DNA from: Ranitomeya imitator
Lineage: Eukaryota
Length of the DNA stretch: 64,000 bases
Assembly (NCBI RefSeq): GCF_032444005.1
Contig: NC_091291.1
Coordinates: 14,384,001 to 14,448,000, forward strand
Direction of reading: 5' to 3'
A program made the translations under genes and the position numbers. The notes below the pieces were generated by a model, which was not told the DNA's origin, did not search any database, and was given only the letters and a program-made list of their open reading frames with translations. Each line of letters opens with the position of its first letter. Positions within the stretch are counted from its first letter, which is position 1. Positions 11,518 to 21,611 of the stretch are shown piece after piece.

Positions 11518-12558
11518 ATGTCGCAGCACGGAGACGCCGCAGCACCCGGCAACGCTAATGCAGCTGAAAGACAGAGTGTCAATAGAGAGTCCGGCAGCGC
11601 AGCGGTGCAAGGAGTGGCGCCCATCATGCCGGTGCTGATGCCATATACCCCGGGTGGCCCATGGCTTCCAATGTATGAAGGTGAGCCTAATACCCTTGAC
11701 GATTTCAGAGAAAAGATGCTGGCCCATTTTGACATGTTCCCTGTGGGTGAAGTTCAGCGTGTTAGTCTCCTGATGATGCAGTTAAGTGGCCATGCTAAGC
11801 GAGAAGTCACAGCATGGGCAGCTGATCTAAAAGGCACTGTTGAACGCATATTTGCTGGATTAAAAGCTACATTTGAAACCACTGCCAGCAGCAAAGCTAA
11901 AGTACGATTCTTTAATTGCAAACAAAAAGTTAATGAGGGCGTGAGAGACTTTGCCTTAAACCTGCAGGAAGCCCTTAAATCACTTACACTGGCTGAACCC
12001 ATTTTTAACACCGGAGCGGATAAACTGCTAAGAGATCAATTTATTGAGGGACTCTACACCCCTTCTCACCGGGGGCATGTGAGCATGCTTGTTTTTAAGA
12101 ACCCTGAATTGACATTTGCTCAATTAAAGGAGAGCGCTATACGTCTCCAGCTGGCAGAGGCACCTCAGGATCAGGATCCTGCGCAACCCATGGCAGAGGC
12201 ACCTCAACAACAGGGAGTGCCAGTGACATCAGCTATGTCCGGGGCCATTGCTAAGCCCCTGGGGCCCAGTACTAATGAGGCTCTTCAACAAAAGCTTGAC
12301 TCTTTAACTGATGTTGTTGCTTCAATGGCTAAAACCATGCAGGAGATGAGAGGACCCAAGATGGAGTTGTCAAACCGTAGAGAAGGTGTTCCATGGATGA
12401 GACCCCGGAGATACCCGACATGGAGAGGACGACCTCGCGACCGCTACCAACCGGATGGACAGCCCATTTGCCGCCGTTGCCAGCAGCCAGGCCACTTTGC
12501 ACGAGATTGTGATTTAAACGGGAATCCCCTGGGAATGCGGGCCGCTTCGCAGGAATGA
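11518..12558 (+). CDS. gag: Gag, copy 1
   Basis: 346 aa; retrotransposon capsid-like region (LRDQFIEGL) and CCHC knuckle CRRCQQPGHFARDC. Confidence 0.92.
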   Translation: MSQHGDAAAPGNANAAERQSVNRESGSAAVQGVAPIMPVLMPYTPGGPWLPMYEGEPNTLDDFREKMLAHFDMFPVGEVQRVSLLMMQLSGHAKREVTAWAADLKGTVERIFAGLKATFETTASSKAKVRFFNCKQKVNEGVRDFALNLQEALKSLTLAEPIFNTGADKLLRDQFIEGLYTPSHRGHVSMLVFKNPELTFAQLKESAIRLQLAEAPQDQDPAQPMAEAPQQQGVPVTSAMSGAIAKPLGPSTNEALQQKLDSLTDVVASMAKTMQEMRGPKMELSNRREGVPWMRPRRYPTWRGRPRDRYQPDGQPICRRCQQPGHFARDCDLNGNPLGMRAASQE

Positions 12559-15500
12559 ACTTTCAAGGCCCAACACCCTGGCACGACAGGTACATCGGAG
12601 GACGACCCATTATCCCTATCGTGCTGGACGGAATGCCCCTCAACGCTTTGCTGGACACAGGTTCCCAGATTTCATCTATACCGTATATCCTTTATAAGAG
12701 GTACTGGGCTGATGCAGATATTGATAAAGGGCCCTCTGATGTTGAACTAGATATATGGGCCAGTAATGGTAAGTTGGTACCGAAACTAGGATTCAGGGAG
12801 ATGACCATAAAGATTGGTAAAGTAGAATTGAAGAAACAGGGTATAATTGTTGTTGATGTTGACCGGCGGAACTGTGAACCAACTGTATTGATAGGAATGA
12901 ATGTGTTAGAGAACTGCTTTTCCGAAGTCATTTCTGTCTTACAGCAAATTGCTGAAACTGCCCAATCCTGCCAGCAGAGAGTTCTCCGGAGGGAAATAAA
13001 AGTATTGATGTTAAGGCAACAGGTAGAAGTTGCAGGTGGAGAAATCGGCAGTGTGAGGGTAAGTGATCCAACATCTATTGTAATCCCACCAAAAACAGAA
13101 ATGCTGGTATGGTGTAGAGCAGCCATTGGTACTAAGGGACGAGATTATCAAGCCTTAATAGAACCAGTGTACACCGACAGCAGTCCCACTATACTCACAG
13201 CACGAGGGATAGTCGAGGTACACCGGGGACGAGTGCCGGTACGACTTTTGAACTGTGGAGAGGAAGAGGTCACTTTGCCAAGGTATGCTACAATGGCAAA
13301 GCTATATACTGTTGACAACAATGCCATCACAACCATTGAGCCCTTAGAACCAACCTGTCAGGTGGAAGGCAATGGCTCAGATGGAGAAATGGAGGATTGG
13401 TGCCAACAGCTACACGTGGGCATAAATTCAACACCTACCCATCAAAAACAAGGGGTGTATAGGCTAGTGACGGAATATGAACAAGTCTTCAGTAAACACC
13501 CATTGGACTTCGGACGGATAGAAGGGGTAGAACACACAATCCCCACCAGTGACCATCCCCCAATAAAAGAAAGATATAGACGCATACCGCCCGCTCACTA
13601 TCAATGTGCAAAAGATATGCTGAGGGAGATGAAACAGGCCGGGGTAATAAGAGACAGCTGTAGCCCCTGGGCGGCCCCTCTAGTGATTGTCAAAAAAAAG
13701 GACGGAACCATGAGAATGTGCGTAGACTACCGGAAGATTAATAACATCACCCATAAAGACGCCTACCCCTTGCCTAGGATAGAAGAGTCCTTAACTGCTT
13801 TGAAATCTGCTAATTATTTTTCCACCTTAGACTTAACAAGCGGGTATTGGCAAGTCCCTGTGGCTGAGCGAGATAAGGAAAAGACGGCATTCACCACACC
13901 AATGGGTCTATGTGAATTTAATCGCATGCCGTTCGGACTCTGCAACGCATCCGGTACCTTCCAGCGGCTGATGGAATGCTGCCTCGGACACAAGAACTTC
14001 GAGACCGTCCTCCTGTACCTAGATGATGTGATCGTCTACTCAAAGACTTACGAACAACACTTAATAGACCTGGCAGAAGTGTTCGAAGCCTTATCCAGGT
14101 ATGGCATGAAAGTCAAGCCATCCAAATGTCACCTTCTCAAGCCAAAGGTACAGTACCTGGGACACATCGTGAGTTCGGAGGGAGTAGCACCAGATCCCGA
14201 GAAAATAAGCGCCATAAGGGATTGGCCAAGACCTACCAGCGCAAAAGAGGTGAGACAATTCCTGGGATTGGTGGGTTACTATCGCAGATTTATAAAAGGA
14301 TTTACCAAGTTGGCAGCACCCTTGCAAGACACCTTGGTAGGGCAGACGAAGAAACCTTCAAACCGAAACCCTCCTTTTCAGTGGAACGACGAAAGGGAAG
14401 ACTCCTTTGAACAACTAAAGAAGGCACTAACCGGAGAAGAGGTTCTGGCGTACCCAGATTACCATCAACCTTTCATCCTCTACACCGATGCCAGTAATGT
14501 GGGACTAGGAGCGGTGCTGTCACAAAAGCAAGAAGGTCGGGAGAAAGTCATCGCCTTTGCAAGTAGAAAGCTCCGGCTTACTGAAAGAAATTCAGAAAAT
14601 TACAGCTCCTTCAAATTGGAACTACTGGCAGTAGTTTGGGCTGTGACTGAACGTTTCAAACACTATCTGGCCGCTGCAGAATTTATTGTCTATACTGACA
14701 ACAATCCGTTGACCCACCTGGACACAGCCAAATTAGGTGCGTTAGAACAGCGATGGATAGCCCGGTTATCTAATTACAACTTCAAGATCAAGTATCGAGC
14801 AGGTCGCAAGAATGGAAATGCCGATGCCCTATCCCGGATGCCACACTTGAGAGATGTAGAAGAAGAAATGGGGGAGCTTGAAGAAATTGAACTACCAGCC
14901 TTCCATCATCCCAAGGCAAAACATCATCAGTCAAGTACCTATCAGAAACAACAAGAGGTGAATTTTAATCCGTTAGCACACCATAGATGGGCTGACACCC
15001 AAGACAGCAATCCGGCTGTGAAGTTGGTGAAGGAACTGTTAACTGAGCAAAGTGCATATCCCGATGAGGATGCCCCAGAAGAGACGCATCAACTCTGGAA
15101 AGAGAGAGGCAAAATGTTCCTGTATCAAGGGAAGCTCTGTAGAAGGTACACCAATCCGAAAACACATGAATTGGTTTGGCAGATTATCGTGCCTAAACAA
15201 GATGTCAAGATGGTCCTCGAAGCTTACCATAATGGTGCTGGTCACTTCGGTTGGAAAAAGTTAGAAGTACTTCTAAGAGAAAGATTTTATTGGGTCGGGA
15301 TGAGAAAATCAATCGAACAGTGGTGCAGAAATTGTGGCCCGTGCAACCTCAGAAGAAACGATCAAAAGAACCAAAGAGCACCACTGCAGCCCATAATCAC
15401 CAAACAACCACTTGAACTTGTAGCCATGGACCACGTGAAGTTGACACCAAGCCGGTCTGGCTATGTCTATGCCTTGACCATCGTGGACCATTATTCACGC

Positions 15501-16691
15501 TTCTTGGTAGTAGTACCCGTAAAAGATCTGACAGCAAAAACAGCAGCCAAAGTGTTCCAAACGTACTTTTGTAGACCCCATGGATATCCGGAACAGGTTC
15601 TCACCGACCAAGGTACAGCCTTTGAATCAGAGATCTTCAGAGAATTCTGTAATATGTATGGTTGCAAAAAGATCCGGACGACGGCCTATCATCCACAAAC
15701 AAACGGCTTATGCGAGAAGATGAACCATATTGTAATAGACCTACTAAAGACTTTACCTGAGACAGAAAGGAATCAATGGCCAGAGAAATTGCCTGACTTG
15801 GTGGATCTGTATAATCATGTCCCGGTGAGTTCCACCAATTGCACCCCAGCTTACCTTATGCGTGCAAGACCCGGCCAATTACCAATCGATCTAGAAATGG
15901 GAATTCTGAAACCAGACGCAGAAGTTCAAGACTCCAATTGGGATATCATACGGCAAAAGCAGTATCGCCAAGTGCAAGAGAGTGTGGAAAGAAGCCTTCA
16001 GCAAACTAGAGAAAGACAAGAGCGAACTTTCAACCAGAATGCTCTAGCGACCCCATTAAGACCAGGTGACCAAGTGCTCAAGAGAAATCGTCGAACCAAT
16101 AAACTGGACAATCAGTGGGAAGCCGTACCCTACACAGTTTTACCAACAAGAGTGGATAATCCTAAAATGTGTCTCATTAGCAAAAACGGAGGCTTAACAT
16201 CTGTACTAGTGTCAAGAGACAATCTTAAATTATGTCCGGAAGCATTGAAAGAGCCAGAAGTTGTCCAGCCAGAACCAGAAGTTATTCAACCCATACAGGT
16301 TCAACCAGTAAAGGAAAAAGAAGAGGAAGTGTATCACACCTGTATAGGAGACTTTCCCAAAACCCTACTAACATACCATGGTGCAGTAGTGGTTCCCATG
16401 GTGGCCTTTTACCCAACACCGAACCCAATACCAGAAGTCCCAAGACAGGAAGAGGCTGACCCCGTACTACAGGAGGTTCCAGGCAAGGAAGAACAGATTC
16501 CTGATCAGAGTAATCCCATTCACGGTGGATTTGCCAACTCCATAGTCGTGGAATTATCTTTAGCAGAGCGGGCAGATACTACATCCGCTGTAGACAGTAG
16601 TACACCACATGAAGAGACACCGCTATTACGTAGATCACAGCGTAGTACCCAGGGTCAATTACTGGCCAGGTATGCAGATTACCAACTATAA
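12555..16691 (+). CDS. pol: Pol (protease-RT-RNase H-integrase), copy 1, -1 frame relative to gag
   Basis: LLDTGS, YLDD, LYTDAS, HHCC zinc finger, D-D-E (AMDH, TDQG, CEKMN); 1378 aa open. Confidence 0.96.
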   Translation: MNFQGPTPWHDRYIGGRPIIPIVLDGMPLNALLDTGSQISSIPYILYKRYWADADIDKGPSDVELDIWASNGKLVPKLGFREMTIKIGKVELKKQGIIVVDVDRRNCEPTVLIGMNVLENCFSEVISVLQQIAETAQSCQQRVLRREIKVLMLRQQVEVAGGEIGSVRVSDPTSIVIPPKTEMLVWCRAAIGTKGRDYQALIEPVYTDSSPTILTARGIVEVHRGRVPVRLLNCGEEEVTLPRYATMAKLYTVDNNAITTIEPLEPTCQVEGNGSDGEMEDWCQQLHVGINSTPTHQKQGVYRLVTEYEQVFSKHPLDFGRIEGVEHTIPTSDHPPIKERYRRIPPAHYQCAKDMLREMKQAGVIRDSCSPWAAPLVIVKKKDGTMRMCVDYRKINNITHKDAYPLPRIEESLTALKSANYFSTLDLTSGYWQVPVAERDKEKTAFTTPMGLCEFNRMPFGLCNASGTFQRLMECCLGHKNFETVLLYLDDVIVYSKTYEQHLIDLAEVFEALSRYGMKVKPSKCHLLKPKVQYLGHIVSSEGVAPDPEKISAIRDWPRPTSAKEVRQFLGLVGYYRRFIKGFTKLAAPLQDTLVGQTKKPSNRNPPFQWNDEREDSFEQLKKALTGEEVLAYPDYHQPFILYTDASNVGLGAVLSQKQEGREKVIAFASRKLRLTERNSENYSSFKLELLAVVWAVTERFKHYLAAAEFIVYTDNNPLTHLDTAKLGALEQRWIARLSNYNFKIKYRAGRKNGNADALSRMPHLRDVEEEMGELEEIELPAFHHPKAKHHQSSTYQKQQEVNFNPLAHHRWADTQDSNPAVKLVKELLTEQSAYPDEDAPEETHQLWKERGKMFLYQGKLCRRYTNPKTHELVWQIIVPKQDVKMVLEAYHNGAGHFGWKKLEVLLRERFYWVGMRKSIEQWCRNCGPCNLRRNDQKNQRAPLQPIITKQPLELVAMDHVKLTPSRSGYVYALTIVDHYSRFLVVVPVKDLTAKTAAKVFQTYFCRPHGYPEQVLTDQGTAFESEIFREFCNMYGCKKIRTTAYHPQTNGLCEKMNHIVIDLLKTLPETERNQWPEKLPDLVDLYNHVPVSSTNCTPAYLMRARPGQLPIDLEMGILKPDAEVQDSNWDIIRQKQYRQVQESVERSLQQTRERQERTFNQNALATPLRPGDQVLKRNRRTNKLDNQWEAVPYTVLPTRVDNPKMCLISKNGGLTSVLVSRDNLKLCPEALKEPEVVQPEPEVIQPIQVQPVKEKEEEVYHTCIGDFPKTLLTYHGAVVVPMVAFYPTPNPIPEVPRQEEADPVLQEVPGKEEQIPDQSNPIHGGFANSIVVELSLAERADTTSAVDSSTPHEETPLLRRSQRSTQGQLLARYADYQL

Positions 16692-17173
16692 AGCTCATAA
16701 TGTGAATTGTATATATGTTATGCCGTATATAGTTAAACAGAAAATGTAGTATAGTCATTGTTATCAGTCTGCAACGTTTAAGCCCAGTGCCTACAGAGAC
16801 TTGTCTGTAGGAACTTCTTGCATATTCTTGAACTTTTTATCAGCCCGGAGGCACTAAATCAAAGCTCCGGAAAGACTGCTTTTTGAACTTTGCTCCTCGC
16901 TCTTTTTGAACTTTCTTTAGACTTTATATTGATAACTCCGTTGGAAAAATGGAACTAAATTCCTGGACACAAAGTGCAGTGCCTTTCCTAGCACCTTCAA
17001 GGATAGAACTGTATTAATGGACGCTATTTGAAGTGACTTTGTACAGAACTATATTTTTGTTTCCTCGAGTGGTTTTTGTAACTTTTCATTTTTAAGACTC
17101 TGTACATATTAATTGTTATTTCAAAATGTTATTGTCCCACAGTCCCGGAGTACTGTTCTTAACTAAGGGGGAA

Positions 17174-18063
17174 TGTGGCACCCCTAGGGGTATTTGCCAC
17201 AAAAATAGTTACTGACACTAAACACAAATATTAAGATAGCAAAACTGCACTACCACCTCCGGCCAGAAGGGGGAGCTCCAGAGACTCCCCTTAATCCATT
17301 CTGGTCTGAGAGAAGAAATGGCTGTTGGGCTAAGGAGCTGATAGTGAGAGGTCATACAGTTGAATCTCTAACAGCCCTGTGACTGTTACCAGGCCTAAAT
17401 CACCGGCCTGAGGAGAAGAGGGATAGAGAAAAAGGACATTGTGAGAACCGGGTAGCATTAATCACTACCCAGAACAGGCGCAAAGACGGATACCGGATCC
17501 GTGGCTGTATTCATTACATATAATACAGCAACCGGAAAAAACGTGAGGTGATATCAGCTTCACTAGGGTCGGACGCAGCAACAGACACAGAGTTCAGTGG
17601 TACTCCTGGAGGGGGTAAGCCGATAAAAGGACTCGGGTTGCCCGTCGAACCAGGACCCGGAGGGGACAGATTGGGCCGGCAGCCAGTTCACATACAGCAG
17701 CAGGGCCACACAGATATTGCGTACAATAAGAGGCGAAGATCCCGGCAGGGTCAAAGTAACTCAGAGTTCCCATACAGACTCCGGTGACAGGACTGGTTGT
17801 AAATCCTTTTATGTTAAAGTAAACTGGTTAAACGTTTCAGTGCCTCAGCCTTTCATTTGGACAATAGCCATCTATCCAGGATCGGGATCGTCACCGCTGG
17901 GAGAACCTGCTGCTGATCAAGTAAGTGCCTGTCCCCTCATGATACCCCTTACACTGTGCATTGCCTGAGGCCACAGCACCGGGTCAAGCCACCCGTGACA
18001 CCCCCCTCAAGAGACAGACCCCATTGGTCCGGTGCTGGGTACCCCGGTCTCTTGGGCGTCACA
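17174..18063 (+). repeat. 3' LTR copy 1 (890 bp)
   Basis: Follows the PPT; about 11 substitutions and 2 indels versus the 5' LTR. Confidence 0.95.
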
Positions 18064-20073
18064 CATACATAGGGTTAATTTGTAGGGTAATAGCTTTCTA
18101 AAGCTGCCCGCTCAACACTAAAATCAAGGCTACCGGGAAAAATTAACTTTATTCATCCTGACAGACTCTGTGTTTTCGTCATAGAGGCGCAGTCGGCCCG
18201 GCTTCAGTTACCGCTCAGTACATAGTGAGTGGCGGCTGTCAGCATGTCCCCATGCATTGACTGACAGCTGGTCCTGCACTGATGCACTGCAGCGCTGGCT
18301 GTCAATCCAAGTGCCATAGCGTGCTTACTACCGCCACTATGTACTGAGTGAAGGCTGAAGTCACGCTGGCCACGCCTTTATGCCTAAAGAAATAAATAAT
18401 GGACATGTATGGACCAAAAAATGCTGATGCAAGTCTATGAAAATCAAGGACAGCAAATAGATGAAATTTGTGTTCCATCCTTGTACTGTCTGTTTTTTTT
18501 TTTACATCTCAATGCAATTTGTTTTCTTTATATATGAAAATCACGGTAAAAATCCGTTCCAAAACACTGAGGAAAATTGGACCATATTTTGCATACAATA
18601 AAAGTCACTTTTACCTAACATATAGATATGTACTGGTATGTAGCTATGTATCTCTATGGACCAGTACAGTATGCCTGTAAAGAAGAAAAATACCATTTAG
18701 ATCTTTAGGCAAAGAAAATCCTCATATACAGTGCAAACTTGGGCTCACTGATAAAGTTTTAGTCTGCCAAGCAACAAGTCATTTTAAATATCATAAAAGT
18801 CCACATTTTGAGAAAGACAAATAGGTGATAAATTATAAACAAGGGTAATTACTGAGCAGAAACAAATGTGAGGCCCCTCCAGCAAAATACTTGAGGTTGA
18901 GGAATACATGCAGGATGACTAGTCCTATCTTCCCCATCTGAACCACCTGAATGTGTGATGTCTGTCCATTCAATATTTGGTACATTTCATGGCGTTAGTT
19001 AAAACTACAGCTCGACCTACGAAAAAAGGCAAGCCTTAAAATATGTATGGAAGAATAAAAATGTTGGGCATGAGAAAATTAAAGGAAAAAAAATAATGAC
19101 ACATGATGTCATCAGGAAAAAATATAAAACTAACTGATACTTTTGATTTACTGAAGTTCCAAGTCAGTTTTATCATGGCACACCATTTTTTTTCTGGTTC
19201 CAGACTACAGAGCAGCAGGAGCTCCGTATGTTGCTGTATCTTCTTTTTCACAGGCAAAATATCTGAAAAATTTATGAAAACGCCTATGTCTCTAATTTAT
19301 TAGCATTTTACTCTAGTCCAATTTATTATGAAGGGCGTGTAAAACACTGATCTGAGGCTCAGACTTCATGGTCATATATGATTTTCAATCTACATTTTGT
19401 AATGCGTGTAGAACGGACAACACACCGACCAGGCTTTAGTCACACATCAGTATTTCTATACCAAAACCAGGAATATCGCCAAGACACACAACAGGTGCCA
19501 ACCTTTCACGTAAAGTTTTTCTGTGTACGTTTCTCTCCTGGTTTCGGTGTCCAAAAACTGATGGAAAATACTGACGTGTGAATAACACAGAGCAATGATC
19601 CAGTCGTGTCTGCAATTTTCAGTTGTGACTGGTCCAAGAAATTCGATGCCCCTGTGAACCTAACCTCAGTGAATGTCGCCTATTGATAGATATATGTCGC
19701 CTATTGATAGATATTTTTGGCAATTTTATGCATTTCCTCTTACTGGATAATAAATATTTTTATAGAATTTTTTTTTGTACTACAATTTGCTAATTTGAAC
19801 GAAAGGGATCAAAATCAGATTTGTACTTTATTCAAAAGACAATTCAATTGTCTTATGAAAAACAATGGGATGGTCTTCCTATGTGATCGCTGTGTTCACG
19901 TCTCATTAAGAGCCTACGTTTGAGGAAAAATGTACCATATTTTTTTTTTAATTGTATACCTTTGCATAGAATTAGAGCAGTCTACTATATACTAGGCAAC
20001 TAACCAAGAGGAGCACAGGGTTGAAGTAGTCTGAAATGAAAGGGTCAGTATACATAGTTGCGGTATGTTTTAC

Positions 20074-20125
20074 CTGAAAGTCCCAGCAGTAGAAACAAAG
20101 GTAGAACATTCTTGTAATAATCCAT
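20074..20125 (-). CDS. Gene C signal-peptide (leader) exon MDYYKNVLPLFLLLGLS(G)
   Basis: ATG in AAAATGG context, hydrophobic 17 codons +1 nt, donor TCAG|gtaaaa; phase 1 joins the 8829-9119 exon in frame. No other leader-like exon was seen nearer the IgV exon. Confidence 0.75.
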
Positions 20126-20276
20126 TTTTGCAGATTCCTGGGTGTCGGAGCTGTAGACTCGGTCTCCGTTTTCTCCCTTTTGCTCCAAGGTCTGTTTCCA
20201 GCTCAGACCTTTGTCCTTTGTTCTTCAGGTCTCCTGGTTCCTAAATGGTTGGTGACATCTGACTGTCACTGTTACA

Positions 20277-20291
20277 GGGAAGTGGGAAGTG
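20277..20291. promoter_or_regulatory. Tandem ETS-type motif GGGAAGTGGGAAGTG about 150 bp upstream of the gene C ATG
   Basis: Two adjacent GGAAGT cores; function is inferred only. Confidence 0.3.
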
Positions 20292-21084
20292 TGTGAAATA
20301 TTAACCACATCCCCAGAAGACTGCAGCGCACACCTTGCTGGTGTGGTCTGAGAGCAACAATCACGCAAAAATCCTGTAGACGTTGCCTATTTTTCCTTGG
20401 TCGGCAAATCTCGGAGCATATTTCCTATGTTGACTGCATGCAACTTAGAAGCCTCATCCTCTTTTTCAGTCTTCAAAACTTACAGTAAGATCTCATGCAC
20501 CTTATTAATTCTCTTAAAAATGTGAGTCTTCCCTCTTGGAGCTTTCAGGGTGTCTCTAATATTGACCTGAGCCAAATCGGTAGCCACAGGTCTTCTGTAG
20601 ACAGAGTACGGACACCATATAAAATGCCTCACACAAGTCCTAGGTACACATATGTAGCTTGATCCCCCACCCCTCGTGTAAAACACTTTCCTCCTACATC
20701 TTCTCCCACCGGTCTCTCCATCGGTAGAAGACAACTGAGTGATGCTGCCACCTGCTGGAAATACGTGTACAAAGTAACATTGAAACAAAGAAACAAATAC
20801 GAAAAAACAGCATTGCATCCAGAAAAAAAACAATCGATATGGATAAAATATGTATCGGGAGTGGAGGAAAAACTGAAAAACTGTGCCCTAGTCCGAGGAG
20901 AGCCAGGAGAGACGCGACTATCTGAGCAGCTGGCTCTTCACTAGAGTCCCTGATGGTGGGGTTAGGCTTGGCTCCAGATGGACACCAGGTGCTACTTCAG
21001 GACAAGGGACCGGTAGCTGGAACGGCTCAATAGGAGAGTACAGCTGGTACAGGCAGGCACAGCAGGAGCACGGGTACAGCTGGT

Positions 21085-21425
21085 GCACAGATAGGCACTG
21101 GCAGGTACGGATTGGTCCGGCTGATATACAGACCAGCACGACAGGTGCAGGGGGTCCGGCTAATATACATAGTGGCACAGCAGGTGCAGGTGGGTCCAGC
21201 TGATATACAGACTGGCAAGGCAGGTGCAAGCGTGTCCGGCTGATATACAGACTGGCACGGCAGGTGTAGGTGGGTCCAGCTGATATACATACTGGCACAG
21301 CTGGTACAGGTAGGTTCGGCTGATATACATAGTGGCCCGGCAGGTGCAAGCATGTCTGGCTAATTTACAGACAAGCACGGATGGTGCTGGTGGATCTGGC
21401 TGACACACAGACTGGCACAGCAGAT
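21085..21425. repeat. 40-bp minisatellite, about 8 units
   Basis: tgatatacag actggcacgg caggtgtagg tgggtccagc; unit starts at 21161, 21201, 21241, 21281, 21321, 21361, 21401. Confidence 0.85.
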
Positions 21426-21611
21426 TCTGGCAAGGAGGTTAGGGTCAGACAGACACTAGTGTAAGGTGAATACAGTAATCGATACTAGTAAGGTATTACA
21501 GAGGACAGCTTATACCCTGCACCTGCTTCTAAGTTCCTGAATGTCTGATTATATACAGTATATATATATATTATTGCCTTGTATCATAATGCTGCTATGG
21601 TGTTTAATATA

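Larger units (their letters stand above)
10165..18063 (+). mobile_element. Full-length Ty3/gypsy LTR retrotransposon, copy 1 (intron 1 of gene C, antisense to the gene)
   Basis: TG...CA LTRs at 10165-11047 and 17174-18063, PBS 11050-11067, PPT AAGGGGGAA 17165-17173, gag+pol in PR-RT-RH-IN order, 4-bp TSD CAAA/CATA (one mismatch). Confidence 0.97.

Noticed and set aside
12692-16459. Antisense and alternate-frame ORFs overlapping pol
   Set aside because: Shadow ORFs of a long coding region with no independent signatures.
20480-20833. 117-aa minus-strand ORF upstream of gene C as an extra exon or gene
   Set aside because: No recognisable domain or matching donor, and no paralog next to genes A or B.
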